Assembly: GCA_958009085.1 (NCBI GenBank)
Contig: OY253689.1
Location: 124,001-188,000, forward strand
DNA: 64,000 bases
Direction: 5' to 3'
Source: Protoeuglena noctilucae
Taxonomy: Eukaryota
Below the pieces are notes generated by a model. The model was not told the origin of the DNA and made no database searches. It worked only from the letters and a program-made list of their open reading frames with translations. Below are positions 25,301 through 37,768 of this stretch, in pieces. Each line of letters opens with the position of its first letter. Position 1 is the first letter of the stretch. A program made the translations under genes and the position numbers.

Positions 25301-27937
25301 ATGCGGACTCGCTGGATCTCAGCCGGACGAGGGACGCGCTCAAGCAGCTCGAGAACGACAGGCTGCTGGGGAGAGTGGCCAAGAGCAGGAAGCTGGCCAA
25401 CAAGGCGAGTGAAGGGGGGAGGGGTGGGGTGGATTTGACAACGTGCATGGGGTTGTCTGGGCCAGAAATGGTAGTGGTGTTGGCGGCATTGGTGTCACGA
25501 TGCCGTCCTGACTTGGCTGTTGTGGCTGTGATGGTTGCTATGGCTGTAACGCACTCATGATCCCACATCGCCCTCCCTAGGACCATCATGACATGAACCC
25601 CCCCCCTCTCTCCCTCACCCCCCAGGTCGAGTCGATGCGTCACCTGGCCCCCGCGATCCACGCCATGGACGAGCCATCCGCGTTGGAAGGCGGCATGCGC
25701 CGCCGCAACAGCTACACGGGGGGCGAGATGCGCAAGGTCGTGTCGCGGCACATCCACCGCGACAAGGTCCGCAGGCCGTCCCAGAGCTTCCTGGAGAGCT
25801 CCCAGGCCAGCTCGGCGGCCCAGTCGGGGATCCTGGCCAAGCCGCCCCCAAGGGCCGCGGCCGAGGCGGGGCAGGCGGCGCCGGTGCAGGAGCAGCGGGC
25901 GCCCTGGGACACCGCGCCGCAGTTCAAGAGCACGCAGGCGAGTCTGCAGAGAGGATGGGAGTGGGTGGGTATGTGCATGTGTGGGTGTGTTTACGTCGCA
26001 GTTCAAGAGCTGCATGGGTGCTTGTGTTGCAGTTCAAGCGAGCATGCAGTCGACACCCCCCAGACAGCAAGCGACACCCTTCACAACTCTCACCCCACCC
26101 TCCCATCCCTCCCCCCCAGGTCCCCCTGCAGCACAAGTCCTTCATCGAGTCCATGTCCTTCGGCAAGACGGCGTCCGAGGGAATCGTGGACGTCTCCAAT
26201 CTCCCTACCCCCGGCAACAAGGTCCCCTTGCACCGGGGCAACTCGCGACCGGGCATCCCCAGCAGCGCCGCCACCCCGGCGGGCGACAGTCACGGCAACT
26301 CGCGCGCGGTATCGAGGCGGTCGTCCGTCAACAGCCGGCAGGCGGGGACGGTGCTCAAGCAGGTCTCGACCTACCTGGCCCGGCCGTCGCAAAAGTACAT
26401 CTCGCGTGCCTCCATGGCAGCAGCCAACCACCTCGTGTCCCAGGCGTCGGGGAGCATGGGCAACTTGGTCGGAGCCACGCGCGCCCGCCCGCTCCCCGCC
26501 ATCGCCGGCGCGGCCAGCTTCCGCGCTTTGGGGCGGCCGCCGGTGCCGGCCCCCACCCCTCACGACGTGGGCCCCGGCGACCCCCGGCTGCGCGCGGTGG
26601 CCCGCATCGACAGCCGCATCGCCGCTGGGAGGATCTACGAGCGCGGGGATGACGCGGCGGTGTACGTGGACTTGGATGCCACGGGCACGCCGCGGGGGAA
26701 GGGGCCCTCGAGGACCAGCCACGGCGACGACGTGGGGTCGAACCGGGTGAGGGGAGGGAGGAGGGGGTGGCATGCGGTGCTATGAGTTGTGCGGGACTGA
26801 CCGGCTCTGTTTGCCAGCTGCAAACCCCACCACCCCTGCACCAGCACCCCCACCACCCCCATTACCCCCACCTTTCCCTTACCCTCCCCCCAGATGGCGA
26901 TCCTCTCGGCCCTGTCCGACGGCGGCGACGTGTCTCCCCTGGAAAGCATCGAGAAGCTCACCGTCACAGCCTTACAAGACCGCATACGCGAGGCCAAGGC
27001 CGAGTGCGCGCGGTACATCCCCATGCCACTCGTGGAGGCGGCGGTGGCGTACATCCGGGCCATCAACCCAGGCGAGAGTTACCGGGGAGCTGGGGAGGGG
27101 TGGGAGGCAGGGATGGAGTGCATTGGGGGCGAGGGGGATGGGGGCGAGCGTGCACAGTTGCGACCGGTCCCTGTGCCCCCCTGCAGCGTGGCCACGTCAT
27201 AACATATGACTCAATCTCTCTTTCAACCTCTCCCCAGGCGGCACCGTCACCTCCTCCAGCACCTCCACCTCATCCCCTCTGTCGCAACACTCACTCCATC
27301 TCTCTCTCTCCCACCCCCAGGCGGCACCGTCACCTCCTCCACCACCTCCAGCGCCCCCGCGGGCGGCTACAGCGACGACACGTTCCGGCGCATGGTGGGG
27401 GAGGACAACGTGGACAAGATATCCAACCTGGTGTACAAGGTTAGTTAGCAGTACTGAGTGCGTGTGTAAATGGTGGGGTGGATGAGATGTTGCACCGGTG
27501 TACTTAGTACACTACTAACCAGGCCCCCTCACTCGCACCCCCATGCACGGGCCGCCACCCCAGCTACCCCGGCTACCGAACATCCCCACTCACCCCGCCC
27601 TCCCCCCCAGATCTGCGTCTACCAAGAGAGCCTCGCCGAGGATCGAACCCGCGACCCCCCGCCGGCCCCGAGCGCCTCCTCCTCCGCCCGGTCCCTCACC
27701 GCCGGCATGCACAGCTCCGGCCGCTCCGCCGCCCAGTCCTTCACGTCGGGCCACCCCAGCGGGCCCAGCAAGGTGTCAAGCATCGCGAGCGAGGTCATTC
27801 CAGAGGATGAGGAGACCCCCACCTCGCGGGCCGCCCAGCACGCGGACCGGTTCCGAAGGGCGGTGACCACGGGCACGGCTGCGGCCGTGGCTGGCAGGGA
27901 CGCGGGGGCGGAGGACGGGTCGCGGGGGGACGGGTGA
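22322..27937 (+). CDS. NIMA-related (NEK) kinase with N-terminal MGC acylation motif and long extensions
   Basis: IGAGAYG, VVK, EVRVLSQLSHPNIVQ|YIEAF, HRDMKPSN, DFG, TVVGTPYYLSPEICEDRPY; first exon MGCKNSK splices in frame. Confidence 0.9.
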
Positions 27938-28814
27938 TGGAATGGGGAGTGAGGAGGGGACACTCGTGGTGGTGGCGATGGGGTTCAGAGGCCACATGAT
28001 CGCATCACGGTGGTTTCCCGCATGTCGCCCCACATGTCACCTTGTGGGATACGGGGACTTGTTCTGTGTTCTGTCGCACTAGGCTTCTTTCTCTCTAGGG
28101 TGTCGTGATAGAGGGCGCTGCACCCGTGGCTGGCTGCTGGTAGACAATACAATGCTGCACCACGTGTGCCACGATGCGCCCCACTGTCTGTGCCCCGTGC
28201 CTCTGTTTCCCTCCATAGCACACGAGGGGCCGCCCGGCGCGGCCACCAGCGCCCGCACCGGCGACGTGGACCCCATTTTCCGTCAATCCGGACAACCCTG
28301 TTGTCCCATGATCGCCCGCTCGCCCTTACTCGCCCCGCTTGCGTACGGACATAGTGACCAAACAACCCACCCGTGTTCCTGTACTTCTTTCGGCCCTCTT
28401 TTCGACGCATTCGTAGCATCGCGCCCCCTCGTTGTGACTGGCGCCTAGGCAGCCCCCTCCAGCACTAGCATGCGGCTACACCCGTGCCACCTCGGCCCGT
28501 GCCTTCATAGCTGCTGCGTGCCGCATATGCATACCCTCGCCCGCCGCACCGCTCGCGTGCTGTTGAAGAGCGCTGTCGGCTGTCGGGTGCGGGACGACCG
28601 GGTCTGCTTTGCTTTGGGTAGCACAAGCGTGGCAAAAGACGAGGGTACGGTTCAACAAGCGAGGGTCGGTGGCACATGCGTGGGATGAGCGGCCGGCAGG
28701 CGACGGGCGGCAGCTCCCCGGGGCGGACTGCCAGAAAACACAGACATGAGAGCCCTCCCGCGGGTGCCGCAAGCTCCGCGCGCGCGTGCCCAGGGCCGCT
28801 GACGTGCCCAGCGC

Positions 28815-29835
28815 TCACTCCACGTCCTCCGTCGAGATCTTCCCCTTGCCGGCCTGCGACGGGAGATCAGAAAATGGTTATTGCGTAGGTTCTGCAGCTC
28901 GCCGGGGGCAGCGGGGCCTGCGGCGGCGCATCGGGAGCGCAAAGGAGCGCGCAGCAGCCACGTGAGCACGCGTTCGCGGCGACTCTGACCTTGCGGCGCT
29001 CAATCAGGGCCTTGCGGTCCTTGTCCTCGTGAATCTTGGTGATCTGGACCTTGGAGGGGTCGATGCCGATGTTGACGGACGCCCCGTTCGCCTTCTCCCT
29101 TGCCAGGCGCTCGATGTGGATCACCCACTTCTTGCGGTAGACCTGCGGCAGGGCCGGACACGCCTCGGGTCGCGGGTTGACGCACGCCATGCGCCGGAGC
29201 GGGCGCGGGCCGGCCGGGCGACGCGGGCGCGCGGCGGCCGCGGGCTGGCTGCCGGGGCGCGGGCACGCCCCTCACCGCCGTGACCTTCCCCTGAATGGCA
29301 TCATCCCCCTGGGAGTGCGCCCCACGCACGACCTTGACCTCGTCGTCCTTGCGGATGGGGAGGCGCTTGACCCCGAGCTTGGCCCGCAGCTCCTTCGACA
29401 GCGGTGCCGACATGATGACCCGCCTTGCCGCCGAGTGGGCGGTGAAGTGAGCCTGCGGGTGACAGCGATACCTCCTCATCGCCACCTGCATCAGGAGAGG
29501 CTCGGGAGCCCCGGGGCCTCGGGCAGCGCGGGGAGAGAACCGATTTCCAGACCCGGGAAGCCAGCGAGGGGGAGCTACGCCATCAGAGGGTCAGAACAAG
29601 CTAAAATAGCGAACTGGCGCCACCGCCGGCCCTCGCTCCCCGCCATGCATGCGACGGCGGGGACCAGCGATGCCCGGGACCGCCGGGGAGGCAACCGGCC
29701 CGCCGCACCCGGCGGACGGCCCGCAAGATAACAAAGAAACCCCGGAGTCGCCCCGCAGTGCTCCCCGTCCACAGGAGCGGCGCGCACCTTCCGGCTCTTC
29801 CGCCGGGAAGACGACACGCTGGTCGAGTACTTCAT
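28815..29835 (-). CDS. RPL26: 60S ribosomal protein L26 (uL24)
   Basis: [39 protein letters not shown]...[13 protein letters not shown]...[12 protein letters not shown]...GIDPSKV...[12 protein letters not shown]; 4 exons. Confidence 0.98.
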
Positions 29836-30414
29836 CTCGGTTGGATCGAAGCGCGACCCGGAAAGGCAGGCGGGAGCGGGGGGCCGTCGCCCTTCCGATC
29901 CCTCGACCGGGTAGACCCCAGTTTCGTCGTCAGGGTCTGGCAAGAGCGGAGGCTCCCGTTTTCCCCGGATGCACGCTCCTCTGACGCGAAACCGACCCCT
30001 ATCCGCCCGGCTGGCTGCCTCGTCGCGATTGAATGGCCTGTCTCGGAGCTCAGCGTCCGCGTTCCTCCTCGCCGGTCTTTCGGCCGTCCTAGCATGCAGA
30101 ACTGGGCGCAGCAAGCTCGCACGCGGTACGAGAGCGAACTAGAGCTAGCAAGGATGGCATCGGGAGGGTATGACGGGAGGATAGCCCGCACCCCTGCTAT
30201 GGCCCGGCGCACGGTGCGGACCGAGGACGCCCCGAGCAAGACGACCCGGACGCAGGTGATGTGCGCGAACTTCTCTCGATACGGTGCAACGTCCGGTGTG
30301 CCATTGATGTGGACGACGCGCAGCGAGACTCGGGCAGCCCGTTGCACGAGCGTCGGGGGCCGCGCGCGGCGAAAAGGCGGGTGCGCTCGCAAGGACGAGG
30401 GCCACAGCAAGTGC

Positions 30415-31619
30415 ATGACACGCTCTCGGTACCGTCAAGGCTCGCAGGGGTCCCAGAAGATGGTGGTCGATCGGGACGAGTGGGAACGAAGGATGGACGG
30501 CGTCGCGCTTTCCAAGCAGGACCTCAACCGGCGAGTTCGCGGGGCTCGAATTGCGTCCAGTGATCCTAGTCCCTAAATCTTTGCCCGCGTCAGCGGAGGG
30601 CGACCAAGGACGCGAGCCAGCTCGCCCCTTGCCCTTGCAGGCTGGTTATGGACTTTTTGACGACGGAGGGGTACTACGACGCCGTTCAGGCGTTCCACAA
30701 GGAGAGCGGGACGCCCATTACGTCGTTGGACACGTCCATCCGAGGTGCGCGTCGCCGGGGAGGCGTCGCGCGGGCCGCAACGCGCGTGGACGGTGGACCG
30801 CGGTCCCGCGCCGCATCCCGAGCGTGCCGCCGCCCGCTGCCGCAGAGAGGAGCGACATTCGCGCGGCTTTGCAACGCGGTGACGTGGATACGGCCGTGGA
30901 CATCGCCAACGACGTGGACCCGGAGGTCCTCGAGTCACAGAAGGCGCTCTCCTTCCACCTCCAGCAGCAGCGGGTGCTGGAGATGATCCGGCAGGGACAA
31001 ATCGAGCAGGCGCTGGCGTACGCGCAGGTGCGGGAGGGGCATACGAGGTTGCCTCATGCCTCTGCGCCCGCAGGCCGTGCTGCCGCAGTGCAGCGCCACC
31101 GCTTTGACTGGCCGCGACACCCTGGTTATCCTGCCCTGCAGGAGTACCTGGCGCCGTGCGGGGAGGAGAACGCGGAATTCCTGGCGGAGTTAGAGCAGAC
31201 GATTGCATTGCTGGCGTTTGAGGACCAAGGCAACTCTCCCTTGGGTGGGCTGCTGGACGTGGCACAGAGGCAGAAGATCGCATCGGAGCTCAACGCGGCG
31301 CTACTGGCCGCGAGGGATCACGCGGGACAGGCGCGCCTGCCGTCCCTGGTGAGGGCACATGGGATGCGGACTTTGCAGCAAAGGCCGGCCATTTGAGGAG
31401 GGGCTGGGCTGGGCTGGGCTGTGCGGTATCAGTGACCTGCTGCTGAGGTAGCATTTAGGCCACACCGGGTGCTGAAAGTGACCCGCGCTGCACCTCGCCC
31501 CTCGCTTGCAGCTCAAGATGATGCTGTGGGCGCAGACGCAGCTGGCAGAGAAGGCCAGCTTTCCGCAGGTCAAGGACCTCAGCAAAGGCCTCCTAGCAGA
31601 CGACAAGGCGGGTGGTTGA
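30415..31619 (+). CDS. GID8: GID8/TWA1 LisH-CTLH-CRA subunit of the CTLH E3 ligase
   Basis: KQDLNR|LVMDFLTTEGY, FHLQQQRVLEMIR, EYLAPCGEENAEFLAELEQTIALLAF, QRQKIASELNAA, LKMMLWAQ. Start is 30415 or 30460. Confidence 0.93.
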
Positions 31620-32057
31620 GTGTCCGACCGGAGGCGCGGCGACAGGGCGGGGGCCGAACGCGGGAAGCCGGGCTTGTTTCCATGCCAGTGCTTTGGTGTC
31701 GGCACGTTCGCTTGTCTCTTAGCCGCCGTCCCCTCCGCGGATTGCCGCTGGATTCGCGCGCTCGATATCTTGTTGCCGGAGCATTGCGGGTCACGGACTC
31801 TCGCTTGAATCGGACTGCCTTGGCGAGCGACTGGTGTGCAATTTGTGTGCCACGGTGCGGGCCAAGTGGCCACTTTCCGCGTCGTGCGCAGTCCCCGCAT
31901 TGAGTCCAATCGCTGGGAACACATCGGTCGCGCGGGGGTCCCTTCCGGTCCCGCGGGCCGGCTGGGCAATGCTGCTCGGCGTGTTGACCGCTCCGTCCGC
32001 GCGGCAGAGCGCACGCATGCCGGACGCCGTCCGCGGTTACCGCGCTGACTTGTAGCC

Positions 32058-35000
32058 ATGATGCGGAAGCTGTGGCAGCGGGAGCTCGGCCTCATCGGGT
32101 CTCCCTCCGCCGAGGTGGGGAGTGTTGCTTGGCGTCGAGCCGCCGGGTTGGGAGCGCGCGCGCGAGCCGTCCTGCGATGCAACGCCCGCGCCTTGACTTC
32201 CCGGAGTCGACGATATAGTGTCGCGTCGTGCTCGCATCGCCCCAGCGCCCCCCGCGCGTCGCCCGCGCTGGGCCGGGGCATGCGCCGGCCCCTGCCACGT
32301 GCTGCCCCGCCCTGCGCAGCGTCGTGACGCCCGCGCCCCATCCCGCGCCGCCCTCCCCGCCCGCTCAGGTATACTTCCGCAGACGCGCGGCCGAGTCCCT
32401 GCGCGTGGACGGGCTCTGGGAGCTCGGGGACGCCCCGCAGGCCCTGCTGCAGTGCTTCTCGCCCTGTGGTCAGCACCTGGTCGGTGAGCCCCGCGCGCCC
32501 GTCGCTCCTCGCCCCGCTCAAACCTCCCCGCACCTCAAGTACATGTAAATGCTTATGGCGCGCCCCTCCGCGCTGCGCACAGGCGTCGCGATGGACGCAC
32601 AGGAGCTCCTGTGCTGGCGGGTCCATGGCAACACCTACGCCCTGCGCCCCGAGGACCCCGCGCCGGGCGATGCCGGCCCCGCAGCTGCGGAACTACTCTT
32701 TCATACATCCGCCTCCGCCTCTCCGCCGACCGCTCCGCCGCTCCACCGGCCCCTGACGGAGTCTCCTCGCCCTTCCAAGCGCCCCCGCACGCTCCTTCCG
32801 CCCCCGCCGTCGCTTCAGCACCTCGAGCCCAGCGCCTCCTCGGCCCCCGTGGCATTCTCGCGCTTCTTCCCTCCGCTCTGGGCCCTCCGCCTGCCCCACC
32901 CTGCGGAGTCGTACCTCCCAGACCTATGCCACTTCACGCCGGACGGCCGCTTCCTTCTCGTTGCGTCCGCCCCCGCCCCCGGCCCGCCCCCGTACCCGCT
33001 CTCTGCCCCACCGCCGACCCCGACGACCCTCCACGTCATGCGCATGCGTGACGGCGCCCGCACCCACCATCTCGAGGTCTTGGACGTCGCCCACCCGCTC
33101 AGCGGGAGAGGGGTCCAGGTGCGGCGCTGCGACTTGTATGTTGTGAGCGAGAAGCCTGCATGCGCCGTAGTATTGGCGCCACTCATTGGCTCGCCACGTC
33201 TGAGCTCATACCCTCTTTCCTTATCTCTTCTCCTCACCTGCTTCCTGTTTCCCGACACTACTGCAGGTCTTCGGTGACTTGGTGGCGGTCCTGACTGAGA
33301 GTCCCCACGACGCTACCGCTCACGTCTACCGCCTGTCTGCATGTGGCATGCTCGACGAGCTCTATCGCGTGGGCCGCGAGTGCCGCACGGATGACGAGGC
33401 GCAGCTGCAGGGACTGGCTGAGGACGAAGCCGCTGTTCAGCAGAGGATGCACGATTACATTGTGGGCAGGGGCGGGGGTGGGGGTGGGGGCGGGGGTGGG
33501 TCAACAACAGGGGGGGACCAAGGGGGGGTGTCTAACAACGCAGGAGGGGAGGCGGTGACTTCAGTGGGTGTGGCCAACTCTGGCAGTGGCGCTGGTGGTG
33601 GAGCTGGCGTGGCGCTGGGCGCTGGGGCTGACTCAGCGATCGCAAGGGCTGCGTCAGAGAGAGCGCAGGGGCAGGCGATGGGGCAGGGCGGTGCTGGGAT
33701 GGGTGCGACTGGCAGGGCGAGTGTGGGTGACAGGCCGCATGTAACTGGCAGGCCGAGTGTGGGTGACCGGTCCACTGCTGCAGACTCCCATACCACCCCC
33801 CTTCGTGGCTCTGCCTCTGCCTTACCAGGCCCCCACCCGCTGCTCCCCGGGCAGTCGGCGCTGATGGGGCCACACGGGATGGGACCATCGATGATATCAG
33901 AACCTATTGGTAGTAACAGTCTGATACCGGGAGTGGAGGGTGTGGAAGCGCGGGCGGCGTTGCCGGGAGAGCCGTCGTTTCGGCAGGAGGTGGTGCGGAA
34001 CGGGGTGGTGCGGGGCGCGGAGGGAAACCTGGCGGGGCTGGCCCAGAAACTGCTCACGTGGCTGGTGCAGTGGCATGCGGGGCAGGACTGGTGAGGGGTG
34101 GGTGGGAGTAGAGTAGAGTGGTTGTGGAGTGGTGCAGTGGCATGCGGGGCAGGACTGGTGAGGAATGGGTTGGTGGGTGGGAGTGGAGTGCTTGTTGAGT
34201 GGTGCAGTGGCACCTCATGTATTCACGTTTGTTACCACAAAGCTTCGTCACGCCCTGCCGCTGCACTGCTGTCCAATCTTATTACCACTCTGCCCATCAT
34301 TGACTTCCCTACAACCCTCGCCCCTCCCCCACCCCCGCAGCCTCCGCTGGGTCTTCCGCTGCTTCCCCGCCCTCTCCCGCCCCCGCATCCGCGCCGGCCA
34401 CTTCCTCTCCCGCACCCACTTGCTTCTCCTCATCGCATTCCCGGACCTGCCGCCCGCGCCCTCCCTCCCGAGACTGGCGCCCGCCGCGTCAGAGTCGTGC
34501 CAGTGCGCCGTGTCGGTCTATGCCCTGCCCGACGCCCGCGTCGAGATGGCGTCGTTCCTGCCGACGAAAGAACTCATGGCCAAGGTGAGGGGACGAAGGG
34601 GGGGTTGCACTGTGGGCGCAATGCCACGATGCTTGGGGTGCATGTGGGAAGTGATGGAGCAAGGCGGGGCGCCTGGGATTGGTGTGGGTCGCTGTGGTGT
34701 ATGGCCATGTCATGTCCTTGACTAGAACCTCACACCCCGTTCAGTCATTGCCACCCAAACTGCCACAGCTGTCACCACCACCCACCCCACACATGCTCAC
34801 CCCTCCCCACACGCCCCGTCCCCCGCCGCAGCTGCTGGAGTTCCCAGAGGTCTGGGGTTCGAGTCCCTCCGTGGCGTCCATTTGGGAGGCCGCCGCCCAG
34901 TCAGGCCCCGCCCTGCCCCTCTCCACCCCTCCCTGCGCCCGCACCCACCGCCTCTCCACCCCACCCCACCCACGCACCACACCATCGCCCAACAACAACA

Positions 35001-36941
35001 ACGCAACACCCCCCGCAACTCCCGGCCCGTTCTGCGATGCTTGCGCGGCGGTGGCGGCGGGGGCGGAGCCTGGGCGGGGCGGCTGCTGCTCTGCTGGGCT
35101 GGCGGGGGGGGTGTGCCCTGACAGTGGGGGTGGGGCATACCCTCACCCTAGTCAGAGAGATGAGACAGAGAGAGAGGCCCGGGGTTGCCAGGTGCCGGTG
35201 ACGGCCAAGGACCTCGCCCCAGCGTCCTGGCGCCGCTCGGCGTCCTTTTCGGGGAACCTGCAGGCGCTGGGGGCATTCGAACCCGCGCCGCGTGCCAGCG
35301 AGGCGGACGAAGGTTTTTCTTCTACCCCCCCGGGCCTGGAGGCGTCGCAGTGCCAGTGCCACAAGCACATGGTGTCGGAATTGCAAGAGCTGCTGCGGAG
35401 GGCCTTCAGGTGAGGGCGGTGGGGGTGGGGATTGGGGTGGGGGGTCATGTGGGGATCGTGTGGGTGTGGGTGTGAGAGGGTGTGTGTGAGGGTTGGGAGG
35501 GTGCGTGTGCGTATGGCAGCGTGTGAGTAGGGTTGACAGCAACGGTGGGGTGCGCAACCGTTGCCCTGCTCTCCCCCACCCACCCACTCATCTCCCTCTC
35601 CCTCTCCCCCCCAGTAATCGCGCCGCGCACCCCTCTCCTCTCCTGGACCCTTCTCTCTTCTCCTATGAAAGCCGCAAGCTGTCCCTCCTGCGCCCCACCC
35701 CACCCCCTGCCGACCCCACCCCTGTCGCCTTCGTCAGGGCCCATCGGTCCAAGCGACCAAAGCCAACAGTTGGCACTACTGGTAATACTAGTGCGATGCA
35801 CCACTCTCATCACTCTTGGGAAAGAGGGGTGGCTGGGGTAGCAAAGACGGGGTGGGTGGCTGGGGGAATGACAACGGGGGCGGTGGGGATGGGAGTGGCG
35901 AAGGTGGGGGTGGTGGGTGTGACGGGAGGGCTGGCGGGTGCGGGTGCGGGTGCGGGCGCGGGTGGTAGTGGCGGTGGTGGTGCAAGTGGATGGGGACGGC
36001 GTTTGCGGCGACCTTTGGGCATCCTGACGGGCCTTGCATGGCCGCCAAAGCAAGGGAATGATGGCAAGGGTGGGGGCCTGCAGGGGAGGGGTGTGCGGGG
36101 GAGTGGGGTGTGTGGGGACGGGAGCGGGAGTGGCAGGGGTGGGGATGCGGGTCAATGCAGTGGGCTGGCGGGGAGTGGGGATGGGCATGGTGGAACGACA
36201 CATGGGGTTGCAGTGAGGGATGTGGCTGGTCAAGGCAAGCTGGGCTATACGGATGGGGCAGTAGCGGGGTCATCCCACCCCCCACTACCACCAATAGCTG
36301 ACCATGCCAGGGGCCCGACCCATGCAAGAGCCCTACCCCCCAACCCACCCGACACGTCCATAAGCACATCAAATAGGCCACTTAATAGGCCCATGGGCAT
36401 CCCAGACAGGCCCGCGACTGCAGCAGAGGGGCGTGGGCGGCTGACGGGGATGCAAGTGGTGCGGGATGTGATGGGGGTTTGGGATTTCAGTCGGGGCGCA
36501 GGGGGTCACGTGGCGCCGCATTTCGCAGTGCCGACGCGGCCGTGGGTGCGGGAGGGGGTGCTGAGTGGTGGGGGTGGCGGTGTGGGTGGGTTGGGGGCAG
36601 GGGCTGGCGGGGGTGGTGCGGGTGCGGTGGCTGGGATAGGGGGGCAATCTGCGGTGGCGAGCGGGCCTGTGGCAGCGGGAGTGGGAGTGGGGACAGCTTC
36701 GCCAGCACTTACCACAGCAACCCCCGCTGCCCTCACAACAGTCACCCCTGCTGCCACCCCTGCCCCACCCGTCTCAACCACTGCCACCCCCCTACCCCCT
36801 CGCCCTGCATTGTCGTCTGCCCAGATCAAGCACCTCTTTCACCCCACGCTGCCACTGGTCGTCATGCAGTGCCTGGAGCCAGGCAAGCCCATACAGGCCA
36901 CGGTGGTGTGCCGGGGGGACGAGCAGGGGTGGTGGTTTTGA
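32058..36941 (+). CDS. DET1: Divergent DET1 (de-etiolated 1) homolog with large low-complexity insertions
   Basis: Ordered DET1-like motifs: RKLWQRE, CFSPCGQHLV, FSRFF, FTPDGRFLLVAS, GVQ|VFGDLVAVL, VGRECRTDDE, GLAQKLLTWL, SPLLDPSLFSYE, LFHPTLPL near the C-terminus. Confidence 0.72.
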
Positions 36942-37768
36942 TGGGGGTGCAACAGGGGTGATGGTTCTGATATTGAATGAACAACAGGGGTGGTGGTGCT
37001 GATATCCATGTCTGGTTTTCAGAAATGTGTACTGCTGCACCTTTTTCTGCTGCACTACAACACATGGTTTCGTCGGTGACATACCAGACTCTGCCGGAGC
37101 ACTGGGAATTTGGATTCCTGCCTGGTGCGATGCGGCTCGGGAAATTGTGCACCAGCAACGGCGGTCCTGGGACCCCGCTGCTGCGGGGAGGGCTGCGAAC
37201 ATGTCTCGGTTGACTCACGTGGCACAAAAGATGCTGCAGACGCGGGTAGGCTGGGGACTCCGCGCCCATGTCCCCGCGCACCTGCGACCTGTGGACAACA
37301 GAAGTGTGATGTTCCCGGCTGCTTCAGAGCCTCCCAGGCCACCCGTCATCCGTTTGGAACGCATGTGTGTCTCACGAGTTCTTGCACAAGTCCCGAGACC
37401 CGGGGGAAACCCTGCCTATGTGTTGGCCTCGGCCCTGCCACCTGCGCCGATCATCGCTGAGGCTGGCCCGCTGGCCAGCCAGAGCGTGCCTGCATACACC
37501 TCAGCCCTTCCAACCACCCTGCGCTGCAAGACTGCCCAGCGGCAGCCGCTATTCGGCGTAGCCCGACCCGCTCTTCCCGCCCTGTCAGGTCCGACCCCTG
37601 GACGCATTAAGTGTCCAAATTGCAACGTGTCGTTGCTTCAATGAGCCTTCATGTCCTGCCAGTGCAGGTTTCGCGCTCTGCCGGTCATCACGAGTCCAGA
37701 AGACAGCCCGACGCATTTGCCGGCGCAGGGTTGAGGACTTCGGGGACTCTCTTCAACGCGTAGCTGCC

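Noticed and set aside
29452..29787. Intronic snoRNA in RPL26 intron 1
   Set aside because: CTGA motifs are present, but no convincing box C or H/ACA architecture; would need Infernal or snoscan.
30415..36941. GID8-DET1 adjacency as a functional ubiquitin-ligase cluster
   Set aside because: They belong to different complexes, and adjacency in a gene-dense eukaryotic genome is weak evidence.
37590..37680. CPNC...CQC zinc-ribbon-like fragment upstream of the RING-kinase
   Set aside because: Interrupted by a stop, short, and with no supportable exon structure.
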